The notes beneath the pieces were generated by a model. That model saw nothing but the letters and a program-made list of their open reading frames with translations, made no database searches and had not been told where the DNA came from. A stretch of 64,000 nt of DNA from Bacteroidia bacterium (lineage in GTDB: Bacteria; Bacteroidota; Bacteroidia; SpSt-205): the NCBI GenBank assembly GCA_039630325.1, contig JBCNVG010000028.1:16242-80241 (forward strand). The letters run 5' to 3'. Below are positions 19,092 to 29,826 of this stretch, piece after piece. Each line of letters starts with the position of its first letter. Positions within the stretch are counted from its first letter, which is position 1. The position numbers and the translations under genes were made by a program.

Positions 19092-19135
19092 GACTACTGC
19101 CGCCTACTCAATGGTTCTCGGCTAACCGTCTTACC

Positions 19136-21589
19136 TTACTCGACTATGATTTGCACTACCCTTGGGGTAATCCTCTCTCTTATAATATAGAGCCCAGCCG
19201 CTACCTCAGGTAGCCTAACCTCATGCTTGCCCTGAGGCAAAGCCCACTGATGTATCAGCTTTCCACTCATATCTCTGAGCTCAAACACCCCTTCTTGTAT
19301 CATAGAGTTTTCTATGCAAAAGCTCCGCTGAGAAACTACTGTGGGATATACTCTCCATGCCTGCCCCACGCCGCTGCCGTTCTGAGAAAGATAAGTTAGC
19401 CCACTCGGGGCATTGATTCGCATGACAAATGCATCTGATGCGCCCTGATAGCCAGCCCCTACATTTGAAGGAAAGTCTGATGACTCTGTGAAACCCGCCA
19501 CATACATATTCCCTGCGGAATCTACGGCCACTGCATAGGCCCCATCTTCATTGGCTTTTCCAATAAAAGTACTATATAATAGTTGGCTACCCTGAGAATT
19601 CAGCATGAAGGCAATAGCATCGTCGTTCCCCCCATATGTTTGGCTGATGCTATTTGACGTCGTAGGGAAGTTCACATTAGTGCCTGACACTTTACCAGCG
19701 ACATAAACATTCCCATTCGTATCTATCGCAATCGCCTCCCCTCGAACATCCCCAGTCCTTCCTACGACGGTACTGAATTTGAGCTGTAAAGCAGGCTGAA
19801 TACCCGGATTCGGGTCAAGCTTCATTACGAAAGCATCTCGGGATATAGGCTGGACAGTACCATCATAGCTCCCCGGCGTGGTAGGAAAATCTGTTGCGGT
19901 AGTACTTCCCGTTAGATAAACTATCCCGTTTTTATCAATCACTAAGTCTGCAACGGCAGTTACATTATTCCCTGCGATATACGTGCCATATTCTAACCCA
20001 CTGCCTGTAGCATTTAGCTTGACTAAAAATCCACTTCCGCCCGACCCAGCTGTAAGGTCAAAGCTGCCAGGCACCGTGGGAAAGTTAGTAGAGAAAGTGA
20101 ACCCCCCCACATAGGCTTTTCCTAAGGCATCTACGGCGATACATGAAGCCTCATCACCAGTACTCCCCCCGATATAGGTCCCATAAAGGAGGTCGCCTAC
20201 CCCTCCGTTGGCGGGATTGAGTTTGACGACAAATGCATCTGAAGTACCCCCCAAGCTATTGTCATATGCTCCAGGGGTAACTGGGAAAGAAGATGCGGAA
20301 GACTGGGTGAAGCCAGCTATGTAAACTCGTCCAGAGGCGTCCACTGCTATATCGCGAGCTTCATCTATGCTGTTACCGCCAATGTAAGTTCCATACAGAA
20401 GCGTCGTACCGTCAGCACTCAGCCGCACAATGAAGGCGTCTTTATCCCCTCCGGTAGAAGGTTTAGTAGGTCGATAGGAGCCGGGGGTGGTAGGAAAGGT
20501 TAGAGAAACTGTATAACCTGTCAAAAATAACTCTCCCGAAGCTCCGATAGCTATGGCGTATATCTCATCCGTATTTGTCCCACCAATGAATGTACTATAT
20601 TCTAAGGCTCCGGTGCTTCTATTTAGCCGAGTCAGGAAGCCATCTACGCCTTCATGTGAAGTGTCGTAAGCCCCGGTCGTAGTGGGAAACGTCGGAGAGT
20701 GTGTCATTCCCACTACCAGTAAACGATTGGGAGGAGCAAGGGCGATATCATGGGCTACATCAGCATCCCCACCCCCCAAAACTTGACTCCAAACGTAAGG
20801 GTCTATAATCAGTGGGGCGCGTTTATTGTAGGGTCCTGTGACCAGACGAACCTTCTCTCCCGTCACTTCCCATCGCACGGGCACAGGGTGTCGGCGCCCT
20901 TCAATCAGTTGATAGGCTTGAAGATCACATACCTCTACAAAACCGAATCGGGTACGAAGCAAGAGCCTATTCTCCCGCACTTGGATGTCATACGCTCCTT
21001 GTATACGAAGCTGAATAGCAGCAGGATCTGCCCCAGGCGCCACGATATAGTCGTAGCGCAAGCGTCCCTCTTCAAAGTACCATCGCTGAGCGATACCAGG
21101 GTATATGTCCTCTAAGATCAGCTCGCCATATAACGGCACTCTACTCGCCCACCGATGCGGATCATTACCGATGAGGTAGTTATGATACGCAGGAAGGGGA
21201 TTTTGGCCGAGAGCACGTAGAGAGCTGGACGCTCCTACATGATACATGCGCAGAACGTGCCCAGTACGCCTGTATGCGTGAGACGGACGGCTCTGCATCA
21301 TGACCTCAGGCCCTTCCTTTGATTCATACGGAATAAGTTGATAGAAATCATATACCACTCCTTCACGAGTAATCCATGCGACGAGCCCCGCCTGGTGATG
21401 CACATACAAAACTTCCTCTGCCCATTGGCCTTTGTTCTGGATGAAGAACTGAGAATGGCCTTGCGGTCCATACCAAGCATACATCAGACAAGGCAGTAGT
21501 GCGAGAAATCGGACCCTTTGACTACCAGATCTATCAAAACCGTTCAGCATACGCTTGGAGGTATGGGACAAATTTTCCTGCGAATCCAC
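19136..21589 (-). CDS. secreted beta-propeller (SBBP-like) repeat protein with T9SS C-terminal sorting domain
   Basis: 817-aa ORF with at least 6 tandem units of about 55-60 aa of the form DAFV.KLN..G..L.YGTYIGG...DEA..IAVD..G..Y..G.T.S..FPTTPG.YD. The C-terminal about 80 aa is CTD-like. Start is GTG 21589 or ATG 21550. Confidence 0.75.
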   Translation of the reverse strand: MDSQENLSHTSKRMLNGFDRSGSQRVRFLALLPCLMYAWYGPQGHSQFFIQNKGQWAEEVLYVHHQAGLVAWITREGVVYDFYQLIPYESKEGPEVMMQSRPSHAYRRTGHVLRMYHVGASSSLRALGQNPLPAYHNYLIGNDPHRWASRVPLYGELILEDIYPGIAQRWYFEEGRLRYDYIVAPGADPAAIQLRIQGAYDIQVRENRLLLRTRFGFVEVCDLQAYQLIEGRRHPVPVRWEVTGEKVRLVTGPYNKRAPLIIDPYVWSQVLGGGDADVAHDIALAPPNRLLVVGMTHSPTFPTTTGAYDTSHEGVDGFLTRLNRSTGALEYSTFIGGTNTDEIYAIAIGASGELFLTGYTVSLTFPTTPGSYRPTKPSTGGDKDAFIVRLSADGTTLLYGTYIGGNSIDEARDIAVDASGRVYIAGFTQSSASSFPVTPGAYDNSLGGTSDAFVVKLNPANGGVGDLLYGTYIGGSTGDEASCIAVDALGKAYVGGFTFSTNFPTVPGSFDLTAGSGGSGFLVKLNATGSGLEYGTYIAGNNVTAVADLVIDKNGIVYLTGSTTATDFPTTPGSYDGTVQPISRDAFVMKLDPNPGIQPALQLKFSTVVGRTGDVRGEAIAIDTNGNVYVAGKVSGTNVNFPTTSNSISQTYGGNDDAIAFMLNSQGSQLLYSTFIGKANEDGAYAVAVDSAGNMYVAGFTESSDFPSNVGAGYQGASDAFVMRINAPSGLTYLSQNGSGVGQAWRVYPTVVSQRSFCIENSMIQEGVFELRDMSGKLIHQWALPQGKHEVRLPEVAAGLYIIRERITPRVVQIIVE

Positions 21590-21742
21590 ACAAAAGTTTA
21601 GAAGAAATCAGGCATTTAGTGAAATCAGACCGCACCACAAAAAAGACACAATACCCACGCTACCAGGCATTTATGTTAATATGGTGTGATATGCACGAAT
21701 GTCGGCTATTGCCATAGGAGGCTTAGGTGTATTTTTGACCGC

Positions 21743-23221
21743 ATGGCTAATCCTACATTCTGGCGGAGTCTATTCCGTACAAAATCCGTAGAAGCTTATC
21801 AAAAAGAAGCACAACAAACGACCCTGCGCAGAGCGTTGGGACGCTGGTCACTTGTCTCTATGGGGATTGGGGCGATTATTGGAGGCGGAATATTTACCCT
21901 AACGGGAGTAGCAGCAAAGCTATATGCCGGCCCTGCCCTGGCATTGTCTTTCGTGATTGCAGGGATTGCTTGTCTCTTGGCGGCGATGGCATATGCTGAG
22001 TTCGCCAGCATAGTTCCCGTAGAGGGGTCAGCATACGCTTATTCCTATGCTACGGTCGGCGAGATAGTAGCCTGGTTCATTGGCTGGAATCTTGTCTTGG
22101 AATACATGATGGGTGCGACGACAGTAGCTGTGGCATGGAGTGGATATTTTGACAAACTGCTCCATCTAATAGGCTTGGAACTCCCATTTTGGCTAATGAA
22201 TGACCCCTTCACAGCCGCTGAAAAAGCGAAGGAAATGGGCCTCCCCGTCCCGACTTTCGCTATCAACTTGCCGGGTTTTGTGATATCGTGGATAGTCACA
22301 GCTATACTTCTGCGCGGAATAAAAGAAACGGCCTCTACGAACAATCTGATTGTCTTCATTAAAGTAGGAGCTGTTCTCTTTGTGATACTGGCGGGGATGT
22401 TCTTCGTCAATCCAGAAAATTGGAAGCCCTTCATTCCAGCCCCAGAAGTAGACTTAGAAGGTAATGTGCACTATGGGTGGCCAGGAATATTTACAGCGGC
22501 AACGATTGTGTTTTTCGCTTATATTGGATTTGACGCAGTCTCTACCCAAGCTGGTGAAGCTATAAATCCTCGCCGAGATGTCCCTTTTGCGATTGTAGCT
22601 TCTCTCTTGATTACTACTCTGCTGTATATCGGCGTATCGATAGTGCTTACAGGGATGGTCCCCTATAAGCAGTTAGATCCCCGAGCACCTGTGGCTTCGG
22701 CTTTTGCAGGCGCTGGTGTAAAATGGGCGACTTACATCATCACCTTTGCGGCTGTAGCTGGTCTTATCTCAGTTATGCTCGTAATGCTTTTGGGACAAAC
22801 TCGGATATTTCTCGCTATGGCCAAAGACGGCCTCCTCCCCCACAGCATTTTCGGCTATGTCCACCCCAAATACAAAACTCCATTTAGAAGCACCCTACTG
22901 GTGGGCGCCATAATCTCTTTAGTTGCCAGCTTCGTACCTATCGTGAATGTTTCAGAACTCACCAGTTTGGGGACGCTCTTGGCTTTTACGCTGGTCTCTT
23001 TATCTGTATTTATTCTTCGTATCAAGCGGCCAGACTTAGAACGGCCCTATAAGGTACCTTTATGGCCACTTGTATCACTTGGCGGCGTCTTGGTAAATAT
23101 TTTCCTAATGAGCCAAGCCCGGAAAGAAAACCTTCGAGCCTTTACGATATGGGGACTGATAGGTGTGATGATCTATCTTTTATATAGCCGCCGCCACAGT
23201 AAGCTCCACCAGCAAAGCTAA
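21743..23221 (+). CDS. APC-superfamily amino acid permease (cationic amino acid transporter-like)
   Basis: About 12-14 predicted TM segments and an N-terminal region (SLVSMGIGAIIGGGIFTLTG) typical of the APC family. ATG 21743 is preceded by a TATTTTTG box 5 nt upstream. The ORF track start is 21686. Confidence 0.85.
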   Translation: MANPTFWRSLFRTKSVEAYQKEAQQTTLRRALGRWSLVSMGIGAIIGGGIFTLTGVAAKLYAGPALALSFVIAGIACLLAAMAYAEFASIVPVEGSAYAYSYATVGEIVAWFIGWNLVLEYMMGATTVAVAWSGYFDKLLHLIGLELPFWLMNDPFTAAEKAKEMGLPVPTFAINLPGFVISWIVTAILLRGIKETASTNNLIVFIKVGAVLFVILAGMFFVNPENWKPFIPAPEVDLEGNVHYGWPGIFTAATIVFFAYIGFDAVSTQAGEAINPRRDVPFAIVASLLITTLLYIGVSIVLTGMVPYKQLDPRAPVASAFAGAGVKWATYIITFAAVAGLISVMLVMLLGQTRIFLAMAKDGLLPHSIFGYVHPKYKTPFRSTLLVGAIISLVASFVPIVNVSELTSLGTLLAFTLVSLSVFILRIKRPDLERPYKVPLWPLVSLGGVLVNIFLMSQARKENLRAFTIWGLIGVMIYLLYSRRHSKLHQQS

Positions 23222-23234
23222 CTTTGCGCTCCGT

Positions 23235-25343
23235 ATGACATCTCTCCTTTTCCTTCCTATTGGATTAGCGGGCGCAGGGCTTTTATTTTTGCTATGGCGA
23301 AGTCGCTGGGTACTATCCCAGAGTGCTGGTGAGGCCCGAATGCAAGCCATCGCTGGCTACATTGCACGCGGCGCATTAGCCTTTTTGAAAGCTGAATGGC
23401 GAGTTTTGGCAGTGTTTGCAGTAATAGTAGCGGCTTTATTAGCTTACAGTGGAACCCTTGAAGGCTCGGAAGGGCAAGTACGTTCCCATCCTTTGATAGG
23501 AGGGGCGTTTCTTATAGGGGCTTTTACTTCCGCCCTGGCCGGTTACATCGGTATGCGCATCGCCACCCAAGCTAATGTCCGAACCGCCGAAGCAGCCCGC
23601 TCCTCCTTAGCCCGAGCCTTTAGTATTGCTTTTCATGGCGGCTCTGTGATGGGTATAGGTGTGGCTTCTCTGGCTGTACTGGGCTTAGGTGGGCTTTTTG
23701 TGGGTTTTTATTGGCTATTCGCTGGAGGAGAGCCTCTGAGTCCTGAAGTCCGTCGTGTCATAGAAGTCATAACTGGATTTTCCCTTGGCGCTGAGAGTAT
23801 AGCTTTATTTGCACGGGTAGGCGGGGGGATTTACACAAAAGCTGCGGATGTAGGAGCGGACTTAGTAGGGAAGATTGAAGCAGGCATTCCCGAAGATGAC
23901 CCTCGCAATCCTGCGGTCATCGCTGATAATGTAGGCGATAATGTGGGCGATATCGCAGGCATGGGAGCAGATCTTTTCGGCTCGTATGTGGCGACTATTT
24001 TAGCTACGATGGTCCTCGGCGGTGAAATGATCCAAAGTGCAGGCGGATTGGGGCCCGTTCTTTTACCCCTATTTCTGGCGGGTACGGGGTTACTATTTTC
24101 CATCATAGCCACCTTTTTCGTCAAGGTGCGAGAGGGAGCAGGGCCTCAGCAGGTACAGAATGCCCTGAATGTAGGGAACTGGGGAGCTGTAATCCTCACT
24201 GTAGCAGCCTCCTACGGCCTGGTAGAGTGGCTTCTGCCTAAGGGGGCTGAGCTGCGTGGGCAAACCGTTTATCCTTTACAGGTGTTTGGCGCCATCGGAA
24301 TTGGACTCCTAGTAGGCGCCCTCATGAGCTGGATCACCGAATACTACACGGGTATGGGCAAGCGTCCCGTCCGCTCTATCGTCCAGAAATCTCTCACGGG
24401 TCACGCTACCAATATCCTCGGAGGGATAGCTGTGGGGATGGAGTCTACAGCGCTACCTGCCGTGATTATGGTAGGAGGGATTCTGGGGGCATATTACTTG
24501 GCAGGGCTATATGGAGTCGCAATCGCTGCCACTGGCATGATGAGCACGACCGCTATGCAGCTCACCATAGACGCATTTGGTCCAATCGCAGATAATGCGG
24601 GCGGTATCGCCGAAATGAGTGGCCTCCCAGAAGAGGTCAGAGGGCGCACCGACATTTTAGACGCTGTTGGAAATACCACCGCCGCAATGGGCAAGGGCTT
24701 TGCTATTGCGTCCGCCGCGCTTACCGCTCTGGCCCTTTTCGCCGCATATGTCGGCGTAGCTGGCATCAAAGGCATAGACATCTACAAAGCACCTGTGTTA
24801 GGAGGACTTCTACTGGGCTCCATGGTGCCGTTTCTCTTCTCCTCGCTCGCCATATCCGCTGTAGGGCGAGCAGCGATGGATATGGTAAAGGAAGTGCGAC
24901 GGCAATTCCGAGAGATCGCAGGTCTAATGGAAGGCAAAGCTGAACCTGAATACGAACGCTGCGTAGAAATATCCACGCAGGCGGCTCTGCGAGAAATGGT
25001 CCTACCTGGCGCCCTTGCTCTTATCATACCCGCTGTAGTCGGCCTCACGCTCGGTGCAGAAGTCCTTGGCGGGTACATGGCAGGTGTTACAATGACAGGC
25101 GTTCTGCTTGGACTCTTCCAGAGCAATGCAGGGGGCGCCTGGGATAATGCCAAAAAGTCCTTTGAAAAGGGCATAGAAATAGATGGCCAGATGTATTACA
25201 AAAAGTCTGACCCCCACAAAGCTGCCGTTACAGGAGATACTGTCGGAGACCCCTTGAAAGACACCTCTGGTCCCTCTATGAATATCCTTGTCAAGCTCAC
25301 CGGGATTGTGGCGCTGGTACTGGCACCTTATTTGGCTGCCTGA
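23235..25343 (+). CDS. hppA: membrane-bound proton/sodium-translocating pyrophosphatase
   Basis: 702-aa polytopic ORF with hallmark motifs [26 protein letters not shown] and [18 protein letters not shown] box lies 8 nt upstream. Confidence 0.95.
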   Translation: MTSLLFLPIGLAGAGLLFLLWRSRWVLSQSAGEARMQAIAGYIARGALAFLKAEWRVLAVFAVIVAALLAYSGTLEGSEGQVRSHPLIGGAFLIGAFTSALAGYIGMRIATQANVRTAEAARSSLARAFSIAFHGGSVMGIGVASLAVLGLGGLFVGFYWLFAGGEPLSPEVRRVIEVITGFSLGAESIALFARVGGGIYTKAADVGADLVGKIEAGIPEDDPRNPAVIADNVGDNVGDIAGMGADLFGSYVATILATMVLGGEMIQSAGGLGPVLLPLFLAGTGLLFSIIATFFVKVREGAGPQQVQNALNVGNWGAVILTVAASYGLVEWLLPKGAELRGQTVYPLQVFGAIGIGLLVGALMSWITEYYTGMGKRPVRSIVQKSLTGHATNILGGIAVGMESTALPAVIMVGGILGAYYLAGLYGVAIAATGMMSTTAMQLTIDAFGPIADNAGGIAEMSGLPEEVRGRTDILDAVGNTTAAMGKGFAIASAALTALALFAAYVGVAGIKGIDIYKAPVLGGLLLGSMVPFLFSSLAISAVGRAAMDMVKEVRRQFREIAGLMEGKAEPEYERCVEISTQAALREMVLPGALALIIPAVVGLTLGAEVLGGYMAGVTMTGVLLGLFQSNAGGAWDNAKKSFEKGIEIDGQMYYKKSDPHKAAVTGDTVGDPLKDTSGPSMNILVKLTGIVALVLAPYLAA

Positions 25344-27105
25344 GCTTCTCTGGGCTCAGAATGTGGATACAACAGGGGGTAAGGGTCATACCTTATCCCC
25401 TGTATTCATTGAAGCAGAACGCATAGGGCGCCTCAAACGGTGGGTAGTAGATTCTAGCAAATGGCCCGCTGTGGGCACACATTTATCTCATCTCCTGAAC
25501 CAGATAGAAGGCGTGTATTTGCGTGATTATGGGGGACAAGGAGGGCTCAAAACCTTATCTATCCGCGGCATGGGTGCCCCGCTTACAGGCGTTACTTTTC
25601 AGGGGCTGCCTGCCCGAGCACCGACCCTGGGTCTGGTCAACTTAGCCCCTTTCTTTTTGCCTGCCTTGCGGGAGATAAGCTTCACTCCAGGAAGTGATCT
25701 GAGCTTGTCTCCGGGCGCCGTGGGTATCCTTTCCTTATTTTGGCGCCCACGACATAAGCAAAAACTTCTCGGATGGCGGACAGCTCAGTACGGCGAGGCC
25801 TTAATCTATGGAGTCCTTGAGTCGCCCGCTTGGCTCATGCAAGCCTCGGCTCTGACAGCAATGAATAAGTACCCCTTTACCGAACCTGAAAAAGGCCTCC
25901 GAGAAAACGCCGACTATCGCTACATCCAAGGTACTTGGGCTCATCGCCGTAAAAGCTTTCAGCTTACGGGGTGGGGCTATGGTAGCTGGCAGTTTATTCC
26001 TCCCCCCGTATTAGTCGGTGCAGCGGTAGGCCCCTCGGAGAGGCTCCAGCAGCATCTCTTGACCCACACCGCTGAATTGAAAACACCACTCGGGGATCTG
26101 CGAGTACAGCATATGGCAGAAAGAGTGAATCACACAGATCGCTTTAGTCAAGTGAGTTGGAGCCATCTGCACACGATACATGGGCAGCTTAAACAGACGT
26201 GGCAACACAAGCATTTACTATACGGATTGACACTTTATGGAGCAGCAGACTGGGTGCGCAGTAACCGGATGGCTCGGGGATTTCGACCTATCTCTCAAAT
26301 ATCACAGTATGAAGGCGCCTTGACAGGCTTCTTAGCTTGGCACAAGGGAGCGTTTTTTCTCCGAGGGGAGGGACGGCTCACAGCCCTGAGCCGTTTTAGG
26401 CCCCAGATCTCCCTACTCATGCGAATGGGCTGGCAAGGGCTCGGAATAGAGCTCCTGCGCGGCGTACGATTTCCCAGTTTGTGGGAAAGATTCTGGATCG
26501 GCTATGGCAATCCTACTCTCCTTCCAGAGCAGTCTCTCCAGGCACAGGTTTTTATGGAAAAATTAATCGCAGCCTGGCGAGTTTATGCAGCGGCATTTTT
26601 AGCCCAAACCCAGAATCGAATAGTTACGATTCCGCTCTCCCCGGTACGCTGGCAGACCTATAGCTTGGGCTATATCCAGAGTATAGGCGGCGAAGGACGC
26701 ATAGAATATCACATCCAGTGTCTATCCCTTTGGCTCGGTGGCACTGTACTCAGTCCCCGAGAATACTCTTTTTCCCGAGGGGAGATTTTACCCTACACTC
26801 CCCCTTATTCATTCATTTGGGGTGGTATTTACACCAAAGCTCGCTGGCGCCTGCTCTATCAAGCTACTTACACCAGCTGGCGCACCAGTAGTTTAGCCCT
26901 AAGCCAATACACTATCCTGAACCCGTATGTTCTGCACTCTTTGGCATGGGCCTACACGGGGATAGGATGGAAAGTAGAACTCGGTGCAGAGAATATACTG
27001 AATGTGCCGTACGAAATTATCCGAGGATACCCAATGCCGCCAAGGCAACTATACCTGCATTGGAGTATGACACTTGAAGCGAAGGATTCACCTGCAAAAG
27101 AGTAG
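25288..27105 (+). CDS. TonB-dependent receptor-like outer-membrane protein (small, BtuB-sized)
   Basis: 605-aa ORF with a plug-like N-terminus ([23 protein letters not shown]) and a long beta-rich C-terminal region. No in-frame ATG precedes the plug; the ORF-track TTG start at 25288 overlaps the hppA 3' end by 56 nt. Confidence 0.65.
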   Translation: MSSSPGLWRWYWHLIWLPELLWAQNVDTTGGKGHTLSPVFIEAERIGRLKRWVVDSSKWPAVGTHLSHLLNQIEGVYLRDYGGQGGLKTLSIRGMGAPLTGVTFQGLPARAPTLGLVNLAPFFLPALREISFTPGSDLSLSPGAVGILSLFWRPRHKQKLLGWRTAQYGEALIYGVLESPAWLMQASALTAMNKYPFTEPEKGLRENADYRYIQGTWAHRRKSFQLTGWGYGSWQFIPPPVLVGAAVGPSERLQQHLLTHTAELKTPLGDLRVQHMAERVNHTDRFSQVSWSHLHTIHGQLKQTWQHKHLLYGLTLYGAADWVRSNRMARGFRPISQISQYEGALTGFLAWHKGAFFLRGEGRLTALSRFRPQISLLMRMGWQGLGIELLRGVRFPSLWERFWIGYGNPTLLPEQSLQAQVFMEKLIAAWRVYAAAFLAQTQNRIVTIPLSPVRWQTYSLGYIQSIGGEGRIEYHIQCLSLWLGGTVLSPREYSFSRGEILPYTPPYSFIWGGIYTKARWRLLYQATYTSWRTSSLALSQYTILNPYVLHSLAWAYTGIGWKVELGAENILNVPYEIIRGYPMPPRQLYLHWSMTLEAKDSPAKE

Positions 27106-27141
27106 CAATATAGGTTTGAGTCACAATACCAGTTGAATATC

Positions 27142-27149
27142 TACCTTTG
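27142..27149 (+). promoter_or_regulatory. putative -7 promoter box TACCTTTG, 4 nt upstream of ATG 27154
   Basis: Exact TAnnTTTG match. It supports ATG 27154 over the longest-ORF start at 27133. Confidence 0.5.
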
Positions 27150-27153
27150 TAGA

Positions 27154-28863
27154 ATGGCTCTATTCCCAGAATGGGTTCGTAAAAAGATGGAGGGTATCTC
27201 TGACAGCTCGTCTGTGCCTGCCAATAGGCAGTCGAATCTCCCCCTACCTCTAATGAATCTGATGACAGAGATCTATCCTGAGCCGGTCGCTGTATTTGAC
27301 CGAGCCAAGGATAGGATAGTGTGGGTCAGCGCTGGACTTATGGTGCTCTCTGGGAGGGGGAGTGAAGAGCTTCTCAAGATGAAGCCAGCGGATTTCATAC
27401 AAGAGTACTTCAAACTATCAGAGGCCGTGCTCCAGCCCTACAATCAAGGGATACCTGATGCTCAAGTTTTTAGTCCTTATAAATCGCCGGAAGGAGAAAA
27501 ATACGTACAAGCGCTCTGGATGCGCCTCCCCAAAGTAGAAGAAGGGTCGGATTACTTCTTATTTGTCCTGCGAGATGTCACTGAGGTAGAACTCCTCAGA
27601 CAAGAGCTCCTACAGTATAGCGAAGAGCTTCAACAGCAGGTAGCTATGGCAGACCAGCTACTTGCAGAGCGAGAAAAGGCTTACTTAGAGCTTCGAGAGA
27701 AGTCAGAACAACTTCGTCTCATCAGTGCGGCTACGGCCTATTCTAACACGATGAAGTTTATTTTGACGCCTGATGGAACGATCGTCTGGGTAAATAAGCT
27801 TTTTGAGAAGGCATCGGGCTGGTCTGCGGAAGAGCTCATCGGCAAAAATGTTCGAGACTTCGGTAGCACATTCGCTCACTTACTCCCCTCTCCAGATGCC
27901 CAACCCTCTGAGAGCACCCTGATTACCAATCACCTTCATAGGGCGCCTTTCACCCAGGAAATTTTCGCTTACGATCGGAGCGGGAAGGGCTATTGGGTGC
28001 TGATAACAGTGGCGCCCATCCCGGATGAGGCAGGAAATATCACCCACTACATAGGCGCTCTAATAAACATTCACCGCAAAAAGCAGCGGGAAGAGCAGCT
28101 TCGCTTGTTTCAGCGTGAGATTCAAGAATCCTTGGCTTATGCAGCTCGCATTCAAAAGCGATTTCTCTCTTCACCAGATGTCCTTAAAGACTATTTTTCA
28201 GCCTACGGTATATGGCACAAGCCCATGCTTGGCATAGGAGGAGACTTTTACCACTTTGAGCCGATGGAGGGAGGCATCATCATAGCGTTAGGAGATTGTA
28301 CAGGGCATGGCATTCCGGCTGCGTTGCTCAGCATTTATGCAGCTACATCTTTACGGTTTGCTCTCCTAAGTCATAAGCAGAGATTGGAACTCGTATATCA
28401 ATACTTACAAGATGACATTCAAAACATCTTTGGCGGAGCAGAGGGTTCATACGAGGGATTTGAAGTTGCCCTACTCTGGTATGAATCCGCTCATAACAGA
28501 GCTACCTTCATAGGGATGGGACGACCACTGTGGATACTGCGTGGTAATACTATTATGCCTCTCCTAAGTGGGAGAGGCGATATCAGTGCTTATTCTACCA
28601 ATCCTGCTACTCGCACACCCCCAATCCCAATGAGCTTCTCTCTACAAAAAGGCGATAGGTTATATCTTTTCTCAGACGGAATCACTGATCAGCAGAATAG
28701 CCAACGCAAGCGATTTTCCACCAGCCGACTCCAAAGTCTCATTCAAAGCACAGGACATATGCCTCTGAGCGAGCAGATCGCAGTTATTGAACACGCTATT
28801 ACAGAATGGTCCACTGGGGTAGAACAGACTGATGATCTCTCACTTCTGGCCTTAGAAATATAA
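27154..28863 (+). CDS. PAS-domain sensor fused to a PP2C/SpoIIE-type Ser/Thr phosphatase
   Basis: Two PAS-like segments are separated by a coiled coil (EELQQQVAMADQLLAEREKAYLELREKSEQL). The C-terminal SpoIIE domain carries GGDFYHF, GDCTGHGIPAA, FSDGITDQ and TDDLSLLALE. Confidence 0.8.
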   Translation: MALFPEWVRKKMEGISDSSSVPANRQSNLPLPLMNLMTEIYPEPVAVFDRAKDRIVWVSAGLMVLSGRGSEELLKMKPADFIQEYFKLSEAVLQPYNQGIPDAQVFSPYKSPEGEKYVQALWMRLPKVEEGSDYFLFVLRDVTEVELLRQELLQYSEELQQQVAMADQLLAEREKAYLELREKSEQLRLISAATAYSNTMKFILTPDGTIVWVNKLFEKASGWSAEELIGKNVRDFGSTFAHLLPSPDAQPSESTLITNHLHRAPFTQEIFAYDRSGKGYWVLITVAPIPDEAGNITHYIGALINIHRKKQREEQLRLFQREIQESLAYAARIQKRFLSSPDVLKDYFSAYGIWHKPMLGIGGDFYHFEPMEGGIIIALGDCTGHGIPAALLSIYAATSLRFALLSHKQRLELVYQYLQDDIQNIFGGAEGSYEGFEVALLWYESAHNRATFIGMGRPLWILRGNTIMPLLSGRGDISAYSTNPATRTPPIPMSFSLQKGDRLYLFSDGITDQQNSQRKRFSTSRLQSLIQSTGHMPLSEQIAVIEHAITEWSTGVEQTDDLSLLALEI

Positions 28864-28878
28864 GGCTTACCAGCCCTT

Positions 28879-29742
28879 TCATGAGAATAGCCTCGCAGCG
28901 ATGGCGGCCAAACCAAAAATGACTGAGGCAATCCCATTATAAGTAAAAAAGGCCTTGTTGATTTTAGACTTATCTTGGCTGACGATGTGCTGATACAGAA
29001 TGAATCCCGAAAACCCACCCCAGCCTATCCAATATAAAACGCTACTTCCTCCCCAGCCATAGAGAGGCCAACCAATAGCCAGCAAAAGAATAATTGCCGC
29101 AAGATGGCTTAGGAGAGCTATTCGACGGGCTATCTTCTCGCCGAAAGCAGCAGGAATGCTGTATAGCCCATTCTCTCTATCAAAGGCTTCATCCTGCAAT
29201 GCATACAAAATATCAAATCCCGCCACCCACAAGGCCACCGCCATCCCAATGCTCCAGATATACGGGCTAAAGCTGCCTTTTACAGCCACATAAGCCCCAA
29301 TAGGAGCCAATCCAAGCGCCGCCCCTAAAATGTAATGAGACGCATAAGTAAAACGCTTGGTGTAGGAGTAGCCTAAAATAACTAAAAGCGCTACTGGAGC
29401 CAGAAGCGCACACAAAGGGTTGAGGAGCCACGCTGCGCCTACAAATACTACCCCACTCCCAATCGCTAAAACAAGTGCCGAGAGCGGCGATACCTCTCCC
29501 CGAGGAATTTCACGCTGAGCCGTGCGCGGATTACGCGCATCTATTTCTCTGTCTGCATACCGATTGAAAGCCATAGCCGCTGTACGAGCACTTATTACGG
29601 CTATAATCACAAGCAAAAGCTTTACCCCCCAATCAGCGAAAGAGGTCTCTACCGCCGCTAGGGTAAATCCCCATAAAGCAAATGGTAGCGCAAATACTGA
29701 GTGCGAAATAACGATGAGACTGGCGTATTTTCTGAGAAGCAT
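28879..29742 (-). CDS. UbiA-family aromatic prenyltransferase (4-hydroxybenzoate polyprenyltransferase-like)
   Basis: 287-aa polytopic ORF with an Asp-rich motif in NRYADREIDARNPRT and a second motif YALQDEAFD. Confidence 0.85.
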   Translation of the reverse strand: MLLRKYASLIVISHSVFALPFALWGFTLAAVETSFADWGVKLLLVIIAVISARTAAMAFNRYADREIDARNPRTAQREIPRGEVSPLSALVLAIGSGVVFVGAAWLLNPLCALLAPVALLVILGYSYTKRFTYASHYILGAALGLAPIGAYVAVKGSFSPYIWSIGMAVALWVAGFDILYALQDEAFDRENGLYSIPAAFGEKIARRIALLSHLAAIILLLAIGWPLYGWGGSSVLYWIGWGGFSGFILYQHIVSQDKSKINKAFFTYNGIASVIFGLAAIAARLFS

Positions 29743-29826
29743 AGGATTATCTACGGAGCCTCCCTAAGACAGGGACCTCACACAGGCCACAATCGGTTCC
29801 ATAGTCCTGGTTAGCCACACTCAAGG

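Noticed and set aside
18688-19125. 145-aa plus-strand ORF opposite the UbiD gene, plus other shadow ORFs at 18302-18785
   Set aside because: They are embedded antisense in a well-supported UbiD-family gene and have Arg/Ser/Pro-rich composition with no recognisable domain.
23831-25217. Antisense ORFs of 71-130 aa inside hppA (23831-24124, 24494-24781, 24782-25174, 25002-25217)
   Set aside because: They lie entirely opposite a very strong, full-length pyrophosphatase ORF and have Ala/Pro/Ser/Arg-rich low-complexity translations. This is typical of shadow ORFs with no motifs.
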